26,180 bases of DNA. It comes from Candidatus Iainarchaeum sp. (lineage in GTDB: Archaea; Iainarchaeota; Iainarchaeia; Iainarchaeales; GCA-2688035). Below are positions 20,604 through 26,180 of this stretch, piece by piece (within the stretch, counting starts at the first letter, position 1; each line of letters begins with the position of its first letter). The notes below the pieces were generated by a model. That model made no database searches and was not told where the DNA came from. It was given only the letters and a program-made list of their open reading frames with translations. The stretch covers positions 1 to 26,180 of the forward strand of contig JAQTNI010000017.1 of the NCBI GenBank assembly GCA_028713935.1, written 5' to 3'. Position numbers and translations under genes: made by a program.

Positions 20604-20618
20604 GCTGGTTGTGTTTGG

Positions 20619-20924
20619 ATGGCAAAATTTTTGTTCTGGGAAAAAATCGTGCTTGACAGCGAAGCTGACTTTTTTGTTGAAATGCGCGCTTTTGAAGTGC
20701 CAAAATCTGCCGGATTCCCTGACTGCGTCAAATACTCGCTTGTGCTTGTTTGTGGGGAAGGCTGCATTTTGCGCTATGACAACGAGCAGGGAAAGGGCCA
20801 TCACAGGCATTGCAATGGCAAAGAGTCAAAGATTGAGTTCGGGTCAATTGAAGATTTATTAAAATATTTTTTTGCAGAGGCTGATGAGATTAGAAGGAAA
20901 CTGAAAAAAGGTGTCTTGAAGTGA
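20619..20924 (+). CDS. DUF6516/TumE-like putative toxin
   Basis: The 101-aa protein carries FPDCVKYSLVLV..GCILRYDNEQGKGHHRHCNGKE. This is the (Y/F)DN..G.GHH.H core I associate with TumE-like proteins. It overlaps the downstream HTH gene by 4 nt. The family name is recalled from memory and has not been searched. Confidence 0.55.
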   Translation: MAKFLFWEKIVLDSEADFFVEMRAFEVPKSAGFPDCVKYSLVLVCGEGCILRYDNEQGKGHHRHCNGKESKIEFGSIEDLLKYFFAEADEIRRKLKKGVLK

Positions 20925-21286
20925 AAGCAAGGGAAGTTTTGATTAGGATTGAAAGCCTGGAAGAGGCTGGCAAGAGGTTTGCCGAGGCTTACAAGCAGAT
21001 AAAACAGGGAAAAAAGCTTGCAAAAGAAGAAGTCCTTGCCTTTGAGAGCATTGAAATCTTAAGAAAAGTTTTAACCAGGCAAAGAATAGAATTGCTCCGC
21101 CTTATAAGGGAAAAACAGCCCGCTACGATTTATCAGCTCGCAAAATTTGCAAACAGGGCCTATCCAAATGTGTTTCAGGATGTAAAAATCTTGGATGGGC
21201 TTGGCTTGATAAAGCTTGAGGAATCAAACCGCAATATTGAACCGATTGCAAAGTACAGCCTGCTAAAAATAGCAATTTCCGTCTGA
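20921..21286 (+). CDS. Winged-helix DNA-binding protein (HVO_A0114-like), putative partner of the upstream gene
   Basis: The 121-aa protein uses a GTG start that overlaps the upstream stop. It carries VLAFESIEILRKVLTRQRIELLRLIREKQPATIYQLAKFANRAYPNVFQDVKILDGLGLIKLEE, which fits the HVO_A0114-type pattern. Confidence 0.65.
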   Translation: MKAREVLIRIESLEEAGKRFAEAYKQIKQGKKLAKEEVLAFESIEILRKVLTRQRIELLRLIREKQPATIYQLAKFANRAYPNVFQDVKILDGLGLIKLEESNRNIEPIAKYSLLKIAISV

Positions 21287-21336
21287 ATAAAAAAATCTTT
21301 GAAAATATTGTTTTAAATTAAACTTGCATCTATTTT

Positions 21337-22119
21337 TTGGATATCATGCCACATGTTTCATTTCACAGACAACCTTTGGAAGCAGCAAGAATTCGCAAAG
21401 CAGTTTTAAGTGGCAGATACACTACTGCTGCCAAAATACAACAAGTTCTTGCTGGACAGGGAATTGGCATTACTATTGGCGCAATAAAGCAGGCTCGCAG
21501 AAGGCTCACTGGGAAAGGGATTCCTGCTGGCAAAATAGCAAAAACAGCAATGGCAAGGGACCTTTTGCATTATGACCCGGCTTTAACAAATAAAGAAGCT
21601 GTTGAAATGCTCGAAGCGCTTGGTGTTTCAAGGCAGAATGTAAAAGATGCAAGGCACCAATTGCATCAACGTGCCCCAAGGGAAGGCCGCAGATTAAAGC
21701 CATTGCCAAAGTTGACTTCCAGACAGCAAATGCTTGTTAGGCAGAGCCTTCCAATATTGAGAAAGCTTATCTGGCTTAAGACTGTTTCAAGGGGGCTGAG
21801 GGAAGATTACGCTGAAGAGGCTTTTTTGGAATTAAGTTCCAAGTCGCCCCTGTGGATTGTAAGGTTAAGGCCTGGTGCTGATCTTGAAGCATTTCTTGAT
21901 TTCAAAACAAGAAACGCGCTAATAGATTTCAGGATAAAAACCCTGATGCAGGGAACAGGCTTAAAACAAATTGAAGTCAGAAATGGCTTGAAATGGCTCA
22001 GTGAAAGAAGTGCGGGCAAATCCTGGGCTGAAATTGCAAGAAGCCATAATACAAATCCTGAAACTGCAATGGAAATAGCTACTGCATTATGCGATTATTT
22101 CAGGACAGTTCAGGGCTGA
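21337..22119 (+). CDS. Multi-HTH DNA-binding protein with sigma-70 region 2/4-like segments (paralog of 8853-9857)
   Basis: The 260-aa protein has two N-terminal HTH-like units. A basic linker follows, then EDYAEEAFLELSS....EAFLDFKTRNALIDFRIK (region-2-like). The C-terminal HTH is RSAGKSWAEIARSHNTNPETAMEIA (region-4-like). Confidence 0.55.
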   Translation: MDIMPHVSFHRQPLEAARIRKAVLSGRYTTAAKIQQVLAGQGIGITIGAIKQARRRLTGKGIPAGKIAKTAMARDLLHYDPALTNKEAVEMLEALGVSRQNVKDARHQLHQRAPREGRRLKPLPKLTSRQQMLVRQSLPILRKLIWLKTVSRGLREDYAEEAFLELSSKSPLWIVRLRPGADLEAFLDFKTRNALIDFRIKTLMQGTGLKQIEVRNGLKWLSERSAGKSWAEIARSHNTNPETAMEIATALCDYFRTVQG

Positions 22120-22140
22120 ACCCAAAAAATGTATCCGGCA

Positions 22141-22611
22141 TTACCCGATGTAACTCGGCGTTTCGTCTTCTTCGGGGTGAAGGTTTAATTCGAGTTCTTC
22201 GATTGTTTCGTTTTCAATTTTGTTTTCCAGAAGCCTCATGAATTTGAATCCTGTTTCTGCATACAATTTTTTTGCCTCTGAATTTGACTGTTTTACCAGA
22301 ATAATTATTCTCCGGATGTTTTTTTTCTCAAGGTAATTAACTGCGAATTTTGCAAGTTGTTTCCCGAATCCTTTTTTCCTGTGTTCCGGGCTGACGCTTA
22401 AGCCGTTTATTCTTGCAAGGTTGTAATCCAGTTTTTCTAATTCCAAAAAACCGATTATTTTTCCTGCTTCAACTGCCTTGAAAATCCGAAAATTTTTTCT
22501 GCGCAGCCTGCGCAGTGTTTTTTCAGGAGTCATTTTTGCATAGGCGAATTCCTTCTGGATCATTGGCAGGATTTCCTTTACGTCCTTTTTTTCTGCGCGA
22601 AGTATTTCCAT
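22141..22611 (-). CDS. GNAT-family N-acetyltransferase (RimI-like)
   Basis: The ORF runs from the ATG at 22611 (MEILRAEKKD...). It carries the acetyl-CoA-binding motif SVSPEHRKKGFGKQLAKFAVNYL, then LVKQSNSEAKKLYAETGFKF. Confidence 0.85.
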   Translation of the reverse strand: MEILRAEKKDVKEILPMIQKEFAYAKMTPEKTLRRLRRKNFRIFKAVEAGKIIGFLELEKLDYNLARINGLSVSPEHRKKGFGKQLAKFAVNYLEKKNIRRIIILVKQSNSEAKKLYAETGFKFMRLLENKIENETIEELELNLHPEEDETPSYIG

Positions 22612-22680
22612 AAAAACTACTTTTCCCACGTTAAAAAACTTTGTTTTTTGACGCGTCGCAAACCTTTTGGTTTGCAACGA

Positions 22681-22722
22681 GGCTTTTGAAAGCAGCCTTT
22701 CAAGGCGAGCGCTTCAAAAGGC
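22681..22722. repeat. Copy A of a 42-43-nt structured intergenic motif
   Basis: GGCTTTTGAAAGCAGCCTTTCAAGGCGAGCGCTTCAAAAGGC is near-identical to 23437-23479. It lies 20 nt downstream of the stop of the minus-strand gene 22743-23420. Confidence 0.7.
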
Positions 22723-22742
22723 TTATTTCCATAAAAATCACT

Positions 22743-23420
22743 TCAGAGCTTTGTGTTTTTTAAATAATCCTGTATTTCCTCAATGCTGACAGAGCAGCCT
22801 GAAAATTTTGCCGCATACAGCGCTGCTTCAAGCGCAAGCCTGCTTTTTTCAAGCTCGCCTTCAACTGCTCCTGTTTCAAATGCCAGTGCAATCAGTTCAG
22901 AGCTTCTCAGGATATTGCATCCTGAAAAAAGCCCCTGGAATTCCCTTAGGTTTGCCTTGTTTTCCTCGACATTTGCAAGCTGCCTTTCTTCCATTGAAGA
23001 ATGCAAAGCAGCCGGATTTTCAATCAGGATTCTTGTTGTCCTTTCGTCAATTGCAAGCGCTTCAGCATCCAGCTGTTTCATAAGCGCAAGCGCTTCAAGC
23101 TCTCCCGAATGCATTATTTTCACTGGTTTTCCCTTGACAAAAAAAGAATTGTTTGCCAAAAAGCTTATTTTTGCAAGGAATTCCCGCGCATTGGCATCAA
23201 GCTCTGTTACAACAAGGCTTTTTTGTTCAACAAGCCCTTTCAGCCTCACTGCATTCAATTCAAATCTTTTTATTCCTAAAGGAGTGGAAACAATTTCCCT
23301 GTAAACAGCAGGGCTTACAATGAATTCAGAATCCAGCTTTTCCCTGAGCCTGCCCAAACATTTTGCAAGGCAGGTCTGGGAAATAGAAATCAGGCAAGAA
23401 GCATCAAAAACAATTTTCAT
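22743..23420 (-). CDS. PIN-like nuclease-domain protein with a C-terminal extension
   Basis: The 225-aa protein has an N-terminal MKIVFDASCLISI and then SGELEALALMKQLDAEALAIDERTTRIL. This is the PIN-type acidic-residue pattern seen in DUF3368-like proteins. Confidence 0.55.
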   Translation of the reverse strand: MKIVFDASCLISISQTCLAKCLGRLREKLDSEFIVSPAVYREIVSTPLGIKRFELNAVRLKGLVEQKSLVVTELDANAREFLAKISFLANNSFFVKGKPVKIMHSGELEALALMKQLDAEALAIDERTTRILIENPAALHSSMEERQLANVEENKANLREFQGLFSGCNILRSSELIALAFETGAVEGELEKSRLALEAALYAAKFSGCSVSIEEIQDYLKNTKL

Positions 23421-23436
23421 AAACTCACTTTTCCCA

Positions 23437-23479
23437 GGTTTTTGAAAGCGAGCCTTTCAAGGCGAGCGCTTCAAAAAGC
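23437..23479. repeat. Copy B of the 42-43-nt structured motif
   Basis: The sequence is GGTTTTTGAAAGCGAGCCTTTCAAGGCGAGCGCTTCAAAAAGC. It overlaps the last 7 codons and the stop of the minus-strand gene 23457-24023. Confidence 0.7.
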
Positions 23480-24023
23480 TGTTTTTTATTTTCTCTATTC
23501 TTTCCGCGATGCCTATTTTCGGGATTTTTTCCTCGTTAATGGTTGTGTTTCCAAGATACTGCAGCAATTGTTTTTTGTCCGCGCCTGTCAGTTCAGCTGC
23601 CTGCCCAAGGCTTAGCCCAGTGACATATGCAGTGGAAGCGAGCTTTATTTTTGCCTTGTCAAAAAGGCTTGTGAGGAAAAACCCGAGGTCCTTGTCAATT
23701 TCATCAACTCCTTTGAGCGCAAGGTCGAGTTTTTTTTCCAATTCCAAATAATCTTTTTGCCTTGCCGCCCTCAGTGCGGAATCAATGTTTTTTGAAATGC
23801 TTTTTTTTACATTTTTCCAGTTCCTGTTTTTTATTATGTGCTCTTTTGTCAAAAGCTTGTAAAGGCAATAGGCAATTATTGCTATTTTTGCGGCTGCCTT
23901 GTTGTTTTCAAAGCCTGCTTCCCTTATTATGGAATTTGACAGCCATTTCAATTCAAAAATATCAGGCTTTTCAAAAGCCCTTTCCAGTTTTTCAAGGTTT
24001 TTTTGAAAATCAAATTCTTTCAT
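23457..24023 (-). CDS. Hypothetical protein with a C-terminal UPF0175-like HTH (putative antitoxin-like partner of the PIN protein)
   Basis: The 188-aa protein carries AYVTGLSLGQAAELTGADKKQLLQYLGN near the C-terminus, resembling the UPF0175 SlGkAAelaG motif. It overlaps the upstream ORF by 4 nt. Confidence 0.5.
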   Translation of the reverse strand: MKEFDFQKNLEKLERAFEKPDIFELKWLSNSIIREAGFENNKAAAKIAIIAYCLYKLLTKEHIIKNRNWKNVKKSISKNIDSALRAARQKDYLELEKKLDLALKGVDEIDKDLGFFLTSLFDKAKIKLASTAYVTGLSLGQAAELTGADKKQLLQYLGNTTINEEKIPKIGIAERIEKIKNSFLKRSP

Positions 24024-24598
24024 GCAATCTGCCCCATCTGCCTTGCCTGTTCAAGCTTCTGCATTAATTGCGCATGAGTTTTTTCAATTCCGTGCTGCCT
24101 CAGCAATTGTTCCACCTGTGCATAATCAAGCCCAAGCCTTGGCGTGACATTTGCTATATCTTTAAGTTGTGCATAAACCTGTTCAAGGCCCCTGTCCCCT
24201 TTTTCCATGGCTCTTTTTATTGCCTCTTCAAATTTTTCTTTCGGCACTCTTAGCCTTGCTGCAAGCACAGAGGCATTCCATACAAGGCGCCTGTCTCCAA
24301 TGTATTTCTGCATGCTTCTCCCTGCTGCCAATGCTTTTGCAGCGTATCCCCTGATTGTCTCGGCTTGTTCCCTTGTGAATAGCGCAGGCCTTTCTGCAAA
24401 TAAACCTGCCTTTGGCCTTGGCCTGTGGTGAGTTGCCCTTGCGCGCGCCATTATCTGCCTTGCCCTTGCCTGCCCTGCTCTTGCTCGCAAGCCGCGCTGC
24501 ATGAATTGCCCTGCCATGCCAATTGAGCCCGGCATTGCAATCCTTTTTGCTGGAATTCTTCCAGTCATGTTCGTTGGCCTTCTTCTTGGAGTCATCAA
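24020..24598 (-). CDS. Hypothetical protein with an arginine-rich N-terminus
   Basis: The 192-aa protein starts MMTPRRRPTNMTGRIPAKR...RARAGQARARQIMARARATHHRPRPK and continues with a helical domain. It is the first gene of a three-gene overlapping unit on the minus strand. Confidence 0.5.
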   Translation of the reverse strand: MMTPRRRPTNMTGRIPAKRIAMPGSIGMAGQFMQRGLRARAGQARARQIMARARATHHRPRPKAGLFAERPALFTREQAETIRGYAAKALAAGRSMQKYIGDRRLVWNASVLAARLRVPKEKFEEAIKRAMEKGDRGLEQVYAQLKDIANVTPRLGLDYAQVEQLLRQHGIEKTHAQLMQKLEQARQMGQIA

Positions 24599-24684
24599 TA
24601 AATAGGATGTAATTTCAAATTATAATTGTTTTGTTTTTCCCTTCCATTAGGAATAAATACTGTTTGAGGCTTTTTAATTTCTGT

Positions 24685-25161
24685 ATGGTTTTCGGTTTTT
24701 TTGAGGGAAAAATTAATTTGGACCTGCAGGGAAAAACAAATTTTTTTTTCGGGGAAACAATTTCTGGGCAGCTTGTTCTCTCCTTAAGAAAGCCAAAGCA
24801 GGCAAGGCAATTGCGCATTGTTTTGCAGGGCACGGAAATTTTTACCCATCCCTCAACTGTTTTCAGGAATGGCAGGCAGGTTACTGAAATGCGCACTGAA
24901 AGCATTGTTGTTTTTTCCACTGAAGAAATCCTGGACAATGAAAAAACCTATTCTTCAGGAGAAACACGCTATGATTTTTCAATACAGGCGCCAGCACAGG
25001 CTTTTGCAAGGCCAAAGCTTGAAAGCACACTTGGAAATGTTTTGAATGTAATGCAGACTTTTTCGGGAAACAGGAGCAGGATAAAATGGGAATTAAAGGC
25101 TTCGCTTGATGTGCCTGGCTCTGTTGATGTCAGCAAAAACCTTCAGATAAGCCTTGCCTGA
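24685..25161 (+). CDS. Arrestin-fold / Spo0M-like protein
   Basis: The ORF runs from the ATG at 24685 (MVFGFFEGKINLDLQGKTNFFFGETISGQLVLSLRKPKQARQLRIVLQGTE...). This pattern matches the N-terminal beta-sandwich of SpoOM/arrestin-N-like proteins. The assignment rests on motif resemblance only. Confidence 0.5.
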   Translation: MVFGFFEGKINLDLQGKTNFFFGETISGQLVLSLRKPKQARQLRIVLQGTEIFTHPSTVFRNGRQVTEMRTESIVVFSTEEILDNEKTYSSGETRYDFSIQAPAQAFARPKLESTLGNVLNVMQTFSGNRSRIKWELKASLDVPGSVDVSKNLQISLA

Positions 25162-25240
25162 TTTTTCCAGACAAATTAATTTTTAAACTAGTATTGCATT
25201 AATTCTTTCATTGTTTTATTTTTTGTTTTAATTTTTTTTG

Positions 25241-26180
25241 GTGGGTTTTTTGTCTGGGCAGAGCATTCTGGAAAAAATAATTTCTACTTCCGGCGATGAA
25301 TTTTACACGCCAGTCCCTAAAGGCTATGTTCCGGGCAAAACAAAATTTGTTGCAATAACAGGCAGCGTAATTTCTGGCATCGGAAAAGGGACAATAAGCA
25401 GCAGCCTCTGCAAAATGCTCCAGGACAGGGGCATGAATGTTGAACCCATAAAACTTGAAGCCTATTTGAATGTTGATGCCGGCACATTAAATCCTTTCAG
25501 GCACGGCGAAGTTTTTGTTTTGGATGATGGCACTGAAACAGACCTTGACCTTGGCACTTATGAAAGAATGCTTGACAAAAACCTTGGCAGGGAAAATTTT
25601 GTAACTTCCGGAAAAATTTACCAGACAATAATTGAAAACGAGCGCGCCGGAAAATACCTTGGAAGGGATGTCCAGTTTATTCCGCATGTCACAGGCGAAA
25701 TCAAAAAGGTTTTGAGGGAGCTTGCAGTAAAGACAAAAGCCGATGTAATTGTCATTGAAATCGGCGGAACAGTTGGTGACTATGAAAACATGTTTGCAAT
25801 TGAGGCAATGCGCGAAATGCTTTATGAGGAAGGCAGGGAAAATGTCTGCGTAGTGAACATTACCTATGTTTTGCAGTTGAAGTGCCTTGGTGAGCAAAAA
25901 ACAAAAGCAGCTCAGCTCGGCATTAGAAAACTTCTTGAACTTGGCCTGCCGCCAAACGTGATTGTCTGCAGGAGCGAAAATCCCATTAGCCTAAAAACAA
26001 GGGAAAAAATTTCCCTGAATTCAAATTTGCCAGTTGAAAAAGTAATCGGGGTGCATGATGTCAGCAATATTTACAGCCTTCCGCTTGCGCTGAGAAAATT
26101 GGGGCTTGATGAAACAATTCTTGAAGTTCTGGACTTGAACAAAAAATTCAAGGCAAATGGCAATTCAAAATTAGAGGAAT
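25241..26180 (+). CDS. pyrG: CTP synthase, 5' partial (runs off the window)
   Basis: It is absent from the ORF track because no stop lies in the window. The frame is open from 25232. It translates to ...KFVAITGSVISGIGKGTISSSLCKMLQDRGMNVEPIKLEAYLNVDAGTLNPFRHGEVFVLDDGTETDLDLGTYERML...GKYLGRDVQFIPHVTGEIK...IEIGGTVGDYEN, which is the PyrG synthetase domain. There is no in-frame ATG before the domain. Candidate starts are GTG 25241 and TTG 25250. Confidence 0.9.
   Translation, partial: MGFLSGQSILEKIISTSGDEFYTPVPKGYVPGKTKFVAITGSVISGIGKGTISSSLCKMLQDRGMNVEPIKLEAYLNVDAGTLNPFRHGEVFVLDDGTETDLDLGTYERMLDKNLGRENFVTSGKIYQTIIENERAGKYLGRDVQFIPHVTGEIKKVLRELAVKTKADVIVIEIGGTVGDYENMFAIEAMREMLYEEGRENVCVVNITYVLQLKCLGEQKTKAAQLGIRKLLELGLPPNVIVCRSENPISLKTREKISLNSNLPVEKVIGVHDVSNIYSLPLALRKLGLDETILEVLDLNKKFKANGNSKLEE

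Noticed and set aside
22612-22677. A 22-residue N-terminal extension of the GNAT ORF (start at 22677).
   Set aside because: GNAT homology begins at MEILRAEKK (ATG 22611). The extension would run into the hairpin at 22658-22675.

Overview
This is an archaeal chromosomal segment, probably from a small-genome DPANN-like lineage. The evidence is gatD and gatE (an archaea-specific pair), an ATP-dependent DNA ligase, bulge-helix-bulge (BHB) tRNA introns, and TATA-like boxes about 25-35 nt upstream of genes. By eye the sequence is moderately AT-rich. The housekeeping backbone comprises a rhomboid protease, an MFS transporter, gatE, gatD, DNA ligase, pterin-4a-carbinolamine dehydratase, a VIT1-like membrane protein, the 5' part of CTP synthase, and four tRNA loci. 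Accessory genes are interspersed: two LAGLIDADG endonuclease-like ORFs, a bacterial-type GGDEF diguanylate cyclase, two paralogous multi-HTH proteins with sigma-70-like segments, a B12-binding radical SAM enzyme, a GNAT acetyltransferase, and three toxin-antitoxin-like pairs. The strongest finding is that tRNA-Gln(UUG) is encoded as two pieces in permuted order. The 3' half (1734-1768) lies upstream of the 5' half (1938-1975). Their flanks pair into a textbook BHB splicing motif, and the spacer between them is built of perfect purine/pyrimidine hairpins. This locus sits 1.6 kb from gatE, whose product acts on Glu-tRNA-Gln. Other points worth follow-up are the GGDEF gene in an archaeal context, an inverted duplication of a promoter/SD region plus a possible +1 frameshift at the large LAGLIDADG-like gene, a repeated 42-nt structured motif with a compensatory base change, and a 36-codon SD-preceded ORF. 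No CRISPR array, rRNA gene or transposase was seen. All calls come from reading the sequence and motifs; no searches were run.
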